Assembly: GCA_958296135.2 (NCBI GenBank)
Contig: CATQHZ020000001.1
Location: forward strand, 3,104,001 to 3,168,000
Direction: 5' to 3'
DNA: 64,000 bases
Source of the DNA: an uncultured Poribacteria bacterium
GTDB lineage: Bacteria; Poribacteria; WGA-4E; WGA-3G
How positions within the stretch are numbered: position 1 is the stretch's first letter; each line of letters opens with the position of its first letter. The notes beneath the pieces were generated by a model. That model saw only the letters and a list, made by a program, of their open reading frames with translations, had not been told where the DNA came from and searched no databases. The translations under genes and the position numbers were made by a program. This document shows positions 11,739 to 20,165 of the stretch, in pieces.

Positions 11739-12884
11739 CTACCAATCCGCAACACTTCCATCCGTATCGTAATAAAACTCGCCGCCGAGTTCTTCGGGAT
11801 ACGTATCCAGATTCTGTTCAGCCTCCTTCTCGTCAATCTCAAAGCCGAGGCCCGGTTTAGTAGGCAACTCAATATGTCCATCCCTCACCTGCCACTCTTC
11901 CTTGAGCAGGCCGGCACCCAAGCCGTTATCGATCTGCTCTTGGATGAGGAAATTCGGGACAACGGCATCGACGTGCAGCGAAGCGGAAAAGGCGACGGGC
12001 CCGATGGCACAGTGCGGCGCAATGTGCATGTAGTAAACCTCCGCCATATTGGCAATCTTTTTGAGTTCGGTGATACCGCCGGTGTGCGAGGTATCCGGCT
12101 GTAGATAAGCCACAGCTTGCTTCTCAAAAATCTCGCGGAATTCCCATCGGGTGAGCAGCCGTTCGCCTGTTGCAATGGGGAACGGCACCTGCTCAGAAAC
12201 TTGTTTGAGTGCGTCCACATTCTCTTGTGGAATGGGTTCCTCGACAAACATTGGGCGCATGCCTTTCAACTCGTGGCAGATTTCAATGGCGAGGGCCGGT
12301 GTCATTTTTCCATGAAAATCGAAGGCGAGTTCGACATCGGGGCCTACCCACTCGCGCATGAGATAGGCACGCTCTACAAACGCATCGATGACCGCGGGCG
12401 GTTCATGCGCTCGCCATTTACCGCCGGGACCGCTCTTAAACGCCTTGTAGCCGCCTTTTTTCTGCAAGAATTCTAGGCGTTCCTTCGCAGCGGCTTTTCC
12501 CTCGTCAGTTAAACTACCGATGCCCCAGTGCGCGTAGACGCGAATTCTGTCACGGACGGGGCCGCCTAGCAGCTGGTACGTCGGCACATCGTAGTGTTTG
12601 CCAGCGATGTCCCAGAGAGCCTGGTCGATGCCGGACAACGCCGACATCAGGATGTTGCCGCCCCTGAAAAAGGCGGAACGGTAGACGTGCTGCCAGTGGT
12701 GCTCAATGCGCAGCGGGTCCTTGCCGATAAAATAGTCGGCGAGTTCATCTACGGCGGCGCAAGTGCTTTTGGGTTTGCCTTCAAGCGTCGTCTCTCCCCA
12801 GCCGACAATGCCGGTGTCTATCGTGATTTTGACGAGGCGCGTCCGGGGACGCGGAAAAAATTGTTCAATAGTTGCGATTTTCAT
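11739..12884 (-). CDS. dgoD: Galactonate dehydratase-like enolase-superfamily enzyme
   Basis: GWGE, DQALWDIAGK, DFHG, FVEEP, IATGERL, QPD, APHC; start at MKIATIE. Confidence 0.85.
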   Translation of the reverse strand: MKIATIEQFFPRPRTRLVKITIDTGIVGWGETTLEGKPKSTCAAVDELADYFIGKDPLRIEHHWQHVYRSAFFRGGNILMSALSGIDQALWDIAGKHYDVPTYQLLGGPVRDRIRVYAHWGIGSLTDEGKAAAKERLEFLQKKGGYKAFKSGPGGKWRAHEPPAVIDAFVERAYLMREWVGPDVELAFDFHGKMTPALAIEICHELKGMRPMFVEEPIPQENVDALKQVSEQVPFPIATGERLLTRWEFREIFEKQAVAYLQPDTSHTGGITELKKIANMAEVYYMHIAPHCAIGPVAFSASLHVDAVVPNFLIQEQIDNGLGAGLLKEEWQVRDGHIELPTKPGLGFEIDEKEAEQNLDTYPEELGGEFYYDTDGSVADW

Positions 12885-13169
12885 TTTGTCTTTTTTTCTC
12901 CGTAGGCGCGCTGTATACCAAATGACGTTGATTCGTCTTGTTCTGTAAGTCAAGCTCGCCCGATAATGTCCGTTACGCCGAGACTTTGCGATCGATTCAG
13001 GTTTTCCTGAATTGATGTGCACTGTTCGGGTTTCCTGCGAAGCGGGCAAGCCCGAGCTACAGAAATGGGATAACTAAATGTCTCTGCGTTGTTTACCCCA
13101 AAATTGACTCTCACGGAAGAATGTGATAAAATAGATTAAAGCATACGATAAAGAGACAAGGAGAGAGAC

Positions 13170-14771
13170 ATGAGATATTTCCAAACCGAGGGCATCGTAT
13201 ACCCGGAGGAGAACTACATCGTTGCGCGGCCTAAGGAAGTTGCTGATTTCATCAAGCGGGTGAAAAGAGGGAAATACATCGTCCTTTTCGCGCCACGCCA
13301 AACAGGGAAGACTACGTTCATCCGCGATGCGTTAGAGAGGCTCGCTGTGGCGGAGCGCACTTACTTCCCAATTCAGCTGAATTTTGAGGCATATAAAAAC
13401 CTCGCCGTTTCCGATTTTTACGAGTGGCTGTCTGAAGATATTCGCGAAGAAATCGAGGCTGTTTTTCGACAGCGGGGGAGCACGCCTTCTGAGGCTCTGC
13501 GCCAATTCTTGACAGCGACAACATTAACAGCACCTCATTCAATGAGGCGGTTCTTTAGCAGGCTTGCAACCTTCCTAGGAAACCAGCGGGTTGTCCTCGT
13601 CATCGACGAGTTTGATGGCATTCCCCGAGAGACAGTGAGCGATTTTCTGCACACGCTCCGCCGGATTTATCTCTCGGATAGGCATCGGTGCCCTTACAGC
13701 GTCGGCATCGTCGGCGTGAAGAATATCTCACAACTGAACTACGACTGGTCCATCTCGCCGTTTAATATTCAAAACGAGTTCAACTTGCCCAACTTCACCC
13801 GTGAACAAGTGCAGGAACTGCTTGGGCAGTATACCATTGAAGTGGGGCAGGCGTTCGCGCCGGCAGTGATTGAAAGTCTCCACAGACAGACAGGTGGGCA
13901 GCCGGTTCTTGTCAACTGTCTCGCGCAAATACTCACCGAGGAAATGGGTATCCCGCGGACCGAACCGATTGGCATGGCACACTTTGCGTCCGCCTATTCG
14001 CGACTCCTTGACGCAGACAACGTCAACATGACGCACCTGACTACCAATGTCCGCAGAAACCCGAGGTTTCAACGCGTTCTGATGCAAATCACGTCGTCCG
14101 ATAGAGGTGTGGATTTCAATCTACGTGATGATGTCATCAGCGAGCTCGCTAGTTACGGTGTCATCAAGAGAGGTGCAGACAGGATGTGCGAGATCTCGAA
14201 CCCGATGTATCTCCACAGCATCTTGCAAACCTTCAAGCCGACGATTAACGGGTTGGAGGAAGAATACTACCCCCAAGACACCGGCAACGACGTTCAGGAT
14301 TACCTTACTTCTGCCGGCCAGATTGATATGGAAAAACTGCTTAATAACTTTCGGGACTTCATCGCCCGAGCCGGCTTCCGCATCCTACAGGTGCCACAGA
14401 CACCGAAGGAACATGTCGGACAGCACCTGCTTCTCGCCTATCTGGACCGGTTTGTGCGGCTGGTGCATGGGGTGATGCACCTTGAAGTGCAGCCCGGGCG
14501 CGGCCGGATAGTTCTGGTGGTGAACCACCGTGGGCGAAAGCATATCGTTGAAACGAAGATTTGGCAAGGACAGAAATCCTATCAGGCCGGCAAGGCGCAA
14601 CTCGCCGCTTACCTTAAATTAGAGGGAGTCGCGGAAGGAGATTATGTTGTGTTCGACTATCGCAAGCATCCAGAACCGCGGGTTGAGACAGAAACGCTAG
14701 CAGGCGATTTGACGATTCGGAGTTACGTCATTCCCGTGGTGCAAGAAATGCCTTCAGATGCTCGGGGCTAG
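13170..14771 (+). CDS. AAA-like ATPase with C-terminal PD-(D/E)xK-like domain
   Basis: Walker A APRQTGKTT, Walker B VLVIDEFD, TGGQP, C-terminal VETK. Confidence 0.8.
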   Translation: MRYFQTEGIVYPEENYIVARPKEVADFIKRVKRGKYIVLFAPRQTGKTTFIRDALERLAVAERTYFPIQLNFEAYKNLAVSDFYEWLSEDIREEIEAVFRQRGSTPSEALRQFLTATTLTAPHSMRRFFSRLATFLGNQRVVLVIDEFDGIPRETVSDFLHTLRRIYLSDRHRCPYSVGIVGVKNISQLNYDWSISPFNIQNEFNLPNFTREQVQELLGQYTIEVGQAFAPAVIESLHRQTGGQPVLVNCLAQILTEEMGIPRTEPIGMAHFASAYSRLLDADNVNMTHLTTNVRRNPRFQRVLMQITSSDRGVDFNLRDDVISELASYGVIKRGADRMCEISNPMYLHSILQTFKPTINGLEEEYYPQDTGNDVQDYLTSAGQIDMEKLLNNFRDFIARAGFRILQVPQTPKEHVGQHLLLAYLDRFVRLVHGVMHLEVQPGRGRIVLVVNHRGRKHIVETKIWQGQKSYQAGKAQLAAYLKLEGVAEGDYVVFDYRKHPEPRVETETLAGDLTIRSYVIPVVQEMPSDARG

Positions 14772-14811
14772 TTTTTCCCTGACGTTCCTCCCCTTGCCCT
14801 TTCGTGGGCCG

Positions 14812-15384
14812 CTACAACTTTTGCAATTCCGCAACAATTTGCGCGGAGTTCAGCCTATTCCCGAACTGCACATCAAGAAAATTCCATCGGATTATTCCGC
14901 TTTCATCGATGAGATAAGTCGCGGGCCGCGCGATTTGCCCATTGCCCGGGTCGAGGACGTTATAAGCAGTAATCGCCTCTTTCGCCTTGTCGGAGAGCAA
15001 CGGATAGGTTATTTGGAGTGTCTCCCGCGTTAACCCAGTCGTCGCTGGGGTATCCGCGCTGATAGCAAGAACTTCGGCACCTTCCGCTTGGATGGCTTCG
15101 TAGCCGGTTTGCAACTCACCGAGCTGCGTTTGACAGAAGCCTCACGTCCCGAAGCGGTAGAACACCAGCACCACCTTTTGGCCGAGATAGTCGGCGAGGG
15201 TGTGGGAATTTCCATCGGCATCGAGTAGCGAGAACGCGGGTGCTTGGATACCGACGTTCAAGCCCTCGCCTGCTGCGAGTTCTTCGACGACTGGGACTTG
15301 CACAAGCGGGTCCGTTTCTTCGCAAGTGAAGCCGGTTAGCGCGATGAACGCGATGACAATATAGAAAACCAAATTGGATTTCAT
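14812..15384 (-). CDS. Exported AhpC/TSA (peroxiredoxin-like) protein with in-frame TGA, putative selenocysteine UxxC
   Basis: ORFs 15142-15384 and 14812-15114 are in one frame: APAFSLLDADG...VVLVFYRFGT-TGA-GFCQTQLGEL...VLAISAD...YPLLSD...PATYLID; hairpin GCAGCTC-GGT-GAGTTGC after the TGA. Confidence 0.88.
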
Positions 15385-15526
15385 GTTTTATTTCTCCTTT
15401 CCTGTCGGCGTGACGGTTTGCAACCGCGCACGGGTTATGTTGCGCGCATCCAAAGCGCGCCTACGCGTAAGTCCTGTTGGTATTATTGATGCGGGTGGAT
15501 AGAGACATCCGCCCTTACCGCATGAA

Positions 15527-16381
15527 TTATTCCTCGGCAATCGGGAACAGCTCCGGCTTCTCAGGATTCTCAGTTCCCATCGGGATTGCTTCTGGCGGGA
15601 ACTGCGTGCAGACTTCGCCGTTTTTCATTGCCCATCGGGAGTTGTGCCAGTAGCGTTTGCTCGTGTTGACAATCTCCGGATTTGTCCAGACTCCGGCGAC
15701 AGCGATGCGGCTCTGCGCACTTCGATTGGGGGGACTGTAGTGCCACATATTGCTGTGCCAAAAGACAACCTCCCCGGGGCCCAATTCAATGTGGTGCACG
15801 CCGTGTTTGTTAAGCATCTCCTGCACCTTTTCACGTGGAAGTTCGCCATGGATGCTGTCCGCATAAAGTACATGCTCAACGATTTCCGTTTTGTGGCTGC
15901 CCGGAATAAACTGCATGCATCCGTTCTCCCGCGTTGCCGGTTCAAGGGGCATCCAGAAATTGAAGGGCTCCGTCTCTCCGTCGCGCCAGAGCCCGTTATC
16001 TTGGTGCCACGGTGTCGCACTGCCGGTGCGCGCCGGTTTGAGGAAACAACTATTAAATTTGACGATAATATCGCCGCCGAGGAAATAGCGGGCGATGTTG
16101 AGCAGTGCCGCGCCGGCATGCACATTATGCCAGATCAGCGGCGATTGCACGCAGAAGTTACTCAGCTTCCGATAGCGCGCGATTCTGCCTTGCGGCGAAT
16201 CTTTCATCGGATCCCTCGGGTCGATGTCCACAAATGTGCCGGGCTCCGGGAGCATAATGACATTGCGAATAACCCCGCGGAGTTCTGCCGTGAGTTCGCG
16301 TGAAATCACGTTCCGAAGGATAAAATAGCCTTCAGTTTCGTAGTGTGATTTCTGTTCGGGAGTAGGTTGCCAATGCATCAT
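15527..16381 (-). CDS. Phytanoyl-CoA dioxygenase (PhyH)-family Fe/2OG oxygenase
   Basis: WHQD, IPGSH, WHYSPPNRS. Confidence 0.9.
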   Translation of the reverse strand: MMHWQPTPEQKSHYETEGYFILRNVISRELTAELRGVIRNVIMLPEPGTFVDIDPRDPMKDSPQGRIARYRKLSNFCVQSPLIWHNVHAGAALLNIARYFLGGDIIVKFNSCFLKPARTGSATPWHQDNGLWRDGETEPFNFWMPLEPATRENGCMQFIPGSHKTEIVEHVLYADSIHGELPREKVQEMLNKHGVHHIELGPGEVVFWHSNMWHYSPPNRSAQSRIAVAGVWTNPEIVNTSKRYWHNSRWAMKNGEVCTQFPPEAIPMGTENPEKPELFPIAEE

Positions 16382-16455
16382 AGTTCACTTTTTTCTGCCG
16401 TAGGGGCGGTTTGCAGTTGCGGATTTTGTGAGCGTTGCACGCGTTCCACGCGCGC

Positions 16456-17205
16456 CTACCGGAGATGCCCTGTTTTGAGATGTCCCCACGCGGTGGTGAG
16501 CATGCCCTTCGGCGAAACGGGTAGGACGGCTTCAACGCCTCCCATCAATTCCGAGATCTCATTCTCCGTTATCGCTTTGTCAAAGAAGACTACTTCGTCT
16601 AACCTGCCGAGGAATTTTTCGCCGCCGAAGGTGCCGAAAAGCAGTTCGCCGGCACCGTCTATATCGCCTTTCTGTGCCTGAGTCGCCTCAAGCGTGCCAT
16701 CGACATAGAGTCGCATTTCTTTGCCATCGTAGAGGCCGACGACGTGATACCACTGCTCAAATTCAAGCACCGTTTTTCCCCACACGCCGCCTGTGAATCC
16801 GCCGCCCGACCAGATGCCAAACACATAGCCGCCCGGCACCCGCTCCGTTGGGGACTGCACCTCCAAGAGATACGCACCGTTCCGCCGTATCGCTGTGTCT
16901 GAAACGCCATCGTTCATGTAGACCCAGGTTGCGATAGTCATCTGGTCTGCAAAAGCGAGGCTATCCGAATGTTCAACGGTGACAACGTGAGGCGGTTCAA
17001 ATTCTAGCGCGCCGCCGAATTTGCCTTCCGCCCATTTCGCGCCGGCGATCGCGCCGTCGTTTCCATTGCCGGAGGTATCCGCGGCAGTTACGCCTTTCTC
17101 CTCGTCAAAAAGCCAGATGCCGACTGCGTCGTCCAGCAAATTCGCCGAAAACGCACCGCTCACGATGCAGAAACACCCGATGAACAGACAAAATATCCAT
17201 TTCAT
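16456..17205 (-). CDS. Secreted LamG/concanavalin-like domain protein
   Basis: Signal peptide MKWIFCLF..., WLFDE, DTSGNGNDG, WYHVVG, LYVDG, LDEV; tail PVSPKGMLTTAWGHLK; SD AGGAGG. Confidence 0.88.
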   Translation of the reverse strand: MKWIFCLFIGCFCIVSGAFSANLLDDAVGIWLFDEEKGVTAADTSGNGNDGAIAGAKWAEGKFGGALEFEPPHVVTVEHSDSLAFADQMTIATWVYMNDGVSDTAIRRNGAYLLEVQSPTERVPGGYVFGIWSGGGFTGGVWGKTVLEFEQWYHVVGLYDGKEMRLYVDGTLEATQAQKGDIDGAGELLFGTFGGEKFLGRLDEVVFFDKAITENEISELMGGVEAVLPVSPKGMLTTAWGHLKTGHLR

Positions 17206-17385
17206 GATTTGTGTCCTCCTTGGGTAAACATTGTAGCAGAAATCGTAAATGTTGTCAAAAAATGATTTGAATTTTCTACGGAATTGTGCTAAATTGAACA
17301 GCACGGACGTAAACAATCTACACCTTCTTGTAGGCGCGGTTTGAAACCGCGCCTACGGAGCGCGTTACGCTATTGAGAATTGACG

Positions 17386-18168
17386 ATGTTGACGCAAGAG
17401 ATGATTCAAGACGTGCCATCGCAACCCGGTGTCTACTTTTTTCGGGGGGCTTCAGGCAAGCTCCTCTACATTGGCAAGGCGAAATGCCTGCGGAAGCGGG
17501 TGCGCTCGTATTTACACAAAAACAAGAGCCGGCCCTCCAAAATCAAACGGCTTGTGCGGTGGACAACCGACGTACGGTATCAGGTCTGCCGTTCGGAGCA
17601 GGAGGCCCTCTTTCTTGAATCGCGTTTGATTAAAGAGCATCAGCCCTCCTATAACTCCGCCTTGAAATATGGGCGGAAGTCGTGGTATATTCGGATAGAT
17701 ATCGGCGAGGATTTTCCGCTCGTGGAGCAAGTCTGCAAGAAAGAAGAAGTGGATGGCGCGAGGTACTTCGGTCCGTTTTCTAGCCGGCGATGGACAGCAG
17801 AAGCGGTTGAGGTTTTCCACCGCATCTTCCCGATACGGACGTGCGCGGGGGCGATTCATCCGTCCTCGGCGTTCCGGCCGTGCTTCAGTTATCATATCAA
17901 ACGGTGCGACGCGCCGTGCGCGGGCTATATCACGCGCACGGCATATCACGCCATGATAGCCGATGTGGTTGGCTTGTTGGAGGGCAATTATGACGCGGTG
18001 TTCGCATCCCTTGTTGCGAAACGGGATAGTGCCGCCGCTGAACTGCAATTTGAACGGGCGGCTGTCTTTCAAAAACAGATTCAGCGCATCCAAAAAGTAT
18101 TTACGTTTTTAGATGTGCATCGGAGCGGGAGGGCTCGGTGCAGTGGCGAGAACTCTATGAGAATCTAG
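17386..18168 (+). CDS. GIY-YIG nuclease, UvrC N-terminal-like with UVR domain; last residues come from the IS end
   Basis: PGVYFF...LYIGKA..LRKRVRSY, YFGPF, Cys cluster, AAAELQFERAA; reads into the element at 18134. Confidence 0.85.
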   Translation: MLTQEMIQDVPSQPGVYFFRGASGKLLYIGKAKCLRKRVRSYLHKNKSRPSKIKRLVRWTTDVRYQVCRSEQEALFLESRLIKEHQPSYNSALKYGRKSWYIRIDIGEDFPLVEQVCKKEEVDGARYFGPFSSRRWTAEAVEVFHRIFPIRTCAGAIHPSSAFRPCFSYHIKRCDAPCAGYITRTAYHAMIADVVGLLEGNYDAVFASLVAKRDSAAAELQFERAAVFQKQIQRIQKVFTFLDVHRSGRARCSGENSMRI

Positions 18169-18189
18169 CAGAACCTACCCGAATCTATC

Positions 18190-18279
18190 TCCGATTTTTG
18201 CGCAGTGTCATTCGCAAAGCCGAATGACACATCTTCGGCATGCTTGGCTTTCGCAAGCATGCCTACGCAAAAATCGGCA
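18190..18279. repeat. REP doublet (REPIN-like) inserted in the IS left end
   Basis: Two hairpins inside an outer inverted repeat CCGATTTTTGCG/CGCAAAAATCGG; absent from the sister element; related copy at 4367-4454. Confidence 0.75.
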
Positions 18280-18294
18280 GATGTGCATTTTTAT

Positions 18295-18323
18295 TTGCAG
18301 TCGGCTTGGATTTGTGGTAGAAT
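18295..18323 (+). promoter_or_regulatory. Sigma70-like promoter of tnpB element 1
   Basis: TTGCAG-17-TAGAAT with TG extension; conserved as TTGCAT-17-TATAAT at 24038-24066. Confidence 0.7.
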
Positions 18324-18326
18324 GTA

Positions 18327-18420
18327 GTTGCCGTTGGGAGGTGAGACCTACTAAGCGCGGCATCCCGCCGTGTCTCTCACCTCCACCTTACCTGAGTAGG
18401 AAGGAAAAACAACGGCGAAC
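18327..18420 (+). ncRNA. Structured 5' leader RNA of tnpB, copy 1 (family not recognised)
   Basis: Several helices plus a pseudoknot, with compensatory changes relative to 24070-24158. Confidence 0.6.
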
Positions 18421-18431
18421 GGTGACGCTCT

Positions 18432-19667
18432 ATGACATTGAAAACGCATTTAATGGCGTTGGACCCGAATAATAAGCAGGCGACGCTGCTTGCACGACAT
18501 TGTGGTTATGCCCGCGTTGCACGTAACCATGCGCTCTCAGATTTCAAGGCAGGACTCGCCGAAAACGAGTGGCGCAGTGGTTACACATTGAACGTTCGCT
18601 TCAACGCCGTGAAACACGAGACATATCCGTGGTGTAAGGAACTCGACCAACGCGCAGCGAAAAACGCTGTGATGCACATTGATGACGCAGTCAAACGGTG
18701 GCGGCGCGGTCAAAATCGATTCCCACGTTATCACACCCGAGCGAGTAGGACTTCCTACCAACCGCATGAACGTGTGAGAATTGACAGGAATCGCGTCAAA
18801 CTGCCGAAGATAGGCTGGGTTCGGATGCGTGAGAAGTTGCGATGGCGTGGCGAGATTCGGCGGTGTGTCGTCTCAAAACGTGCGGGCAGGTGGTTTCTAT
18901 CGGTTCTCGTGAAGGTGGTTTCCGACAGTGCGCCACGTGTGCGTTCTGAGGCAGCACCTATGCGTGTGGTTGGTGTTGATGTAGGTATCAAGACACTAGC
19001 CGTAACCTCCGATGGTGTTGAGTTTGAAAACCCGAAGGCATTGTATCGATACCTGCGGAAGTTGCGGCGTGCGCAGCGTCAGCTCTCTCGTTCGGTTTAC
19101 CGAAGCAGAAACTGGTATCGGAAGCAGTTCCGCGTGCAGAAGATTCACTATCGTATCTGCTGTCTGCGTGAGGATACACATCATAAGGCAAGCACGGCGA
19201 TTGTAAAGTCGGCTGACGTTCTCGGTATCGAGAGTCTTCGTGTGGCGGGCTTGTTGAAAAACCGCCGTCTTGCGAAGGCGTTGAGCGATGCGTCGTTAAG
19301 CGGTTTCCTGACGATGCTTCGGTATAAGGCGGAGGCGCGTGGCGTTGAGATTATCGAAGCACCGTCGAACTTCCCGTCATCGAAGACGTGCAGTGCTTGC
19401 GGGAATAAAAAGACGAAGTTGTCCCTCTCGGAGCGGACATATCACTGCGAGGCATGTGGCGTGGGTATCGACCGCGACTTGAATGCCGCGCATAACTTAA
19501 GAAACCTCGCCGCTAGCTTGACGGAGAGGCAAAACGGCTGCGGAGCGACTATAAGCCCTCATAGTAGGCACACCTCGTGTGTCTCGGAGGCACGCCGCAT
19601 TGAAACAGCAACTACGACAGATAAGAGGACAGGTCAGCTTAGGATAGATTTGTCCAGAGTATCATAA
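18432..19667 (+). CDS. tnpB: RNA-guided endonuclease TnpB (IS607-type)
   Basis: RuvC I VGVDVG, RuvC II IESL, Zn finger CSAC/CEAC, RuvC III DRDLNAA. Confidence 0.95.
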   Translation: MTLKTHLMALDPNNKQATLLARHCGYARVARNHALSDFKAGLAENEWRSGYTLNVRFNAVKHETYPWCKELDQRAAKNAVMHIDDAVKRWRRGQNRFPRYHTRASRTSYQPHERVRIDRNRVKLPKIGWVRMREKLRWRGEIRRCVVSKRAGRWFLSVLVKVVSDSAPRVRSEAAPMRVVGVDVGIKTLAVTSDGVEFENPKALYRYLRKLRRAQRQLSRSVYRSRNWYRKQFRVQKIHYRICCLREDTHHKASTAIVKSADVLGIESLRVAGLLKNRRLAKALSDASLSGFLTMLRYKAEARGVEIIEAPSNFPSSKTCSACGNKKTKLSLSERTYHCEACGVGIDRDLNAAHNLRNLAASLTERQNGCGATISPHSRHTSCVSEARRIETATTTDKRTGQLRIDLSRVS

Positions 19668-19688
19668 GTTCTAGGGAGCGGGAAATTC

Positions 19689-20009
19689 ATGAGCAAGGCG
19701 GTTCTCGGCGGAAGCGATGGAAGAGCGCGGTGCAAGTGCGGGCGGCTCCGTTATCCGCGCTACCCAGTTTGTCCCAAGTGCTATTATGAAGGCGCGCAGA
19801 AACCGACTTCTCTCAACCCGAGAAAATTGTCGCGCGAGGAACTGCTGAAGATGCAGGTTCCTAAACGGATGCTGCTGCCCGACCGGCAGGAACGCATCCG
19901 GTTTTTAGAGCAGCGATATGGCCCGCAATTACGCGGGCAAGACATCCGTTTTATGAAGAATCCGCAGGTGTACGCGCTCTCCGAACAAGCCGGATATCGG
20001 CGGAGATAA
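19689..20009 (+). CDS. Small basic hypothetical protein with CxC...CxxC
   Basis: CKCG...CPKC; its ATG overlaps the restored stop of the upstream nuclease (ATGA) once the IS is removed. Confidence 0.7.
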   Translation: MSKAVLGGSDGRARCKCGRLRYPRYPVCPKCYYEGAQKPTSLNPRKLSREELLKMQVPKRMLLPDRQERIRFLEQRYGPQLRGQDIRFMKNPQVYALSEQAGYRRR

Positions 20010-20105
20010 ATTAGCGGCTCGCTTTCAAAGCGCGCCTGCCGAGTGTCAAAAAACGTTGTTTCTGGCACATACAAAATTTTGCCCAAAAAAAACTTGCAAG
20101 AAGAC

Positions 20106-20134
20106 TTGACAAATAATTGCATATTTGTTAAAAT
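20106..20134 (+). promoter_or_regulatory. Sigma70-like promoter with overlapping inverted repeat (candidate operator)
   Basis: TTGACA-17-TAAAAT; ACAAATA-N6-TATTTGT at 20109-20128. Confidence 0.6.
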
Positions 20135-20165
20135 AACCAACAAATTATTCAAGGAGGAATTCCTC

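Larger units (their letters stand above)
18134..19681 (+). mobile_element. Non-autonomous IS607-like tnpB element 1
   Basis: Left end CTCGGTGCAGTGGCGA shared with the element at 23967; GG at both junctions; 10-nt-period subterminal repeats; no tnpA. Confidence 0.8.

Noticed and set aside
18134-18431. IStron (group I intron) or tnpA remnant
   Set aside because: Only about 200 nt excluding the REP insert, with no recognisable intron core or recombinase ORF.
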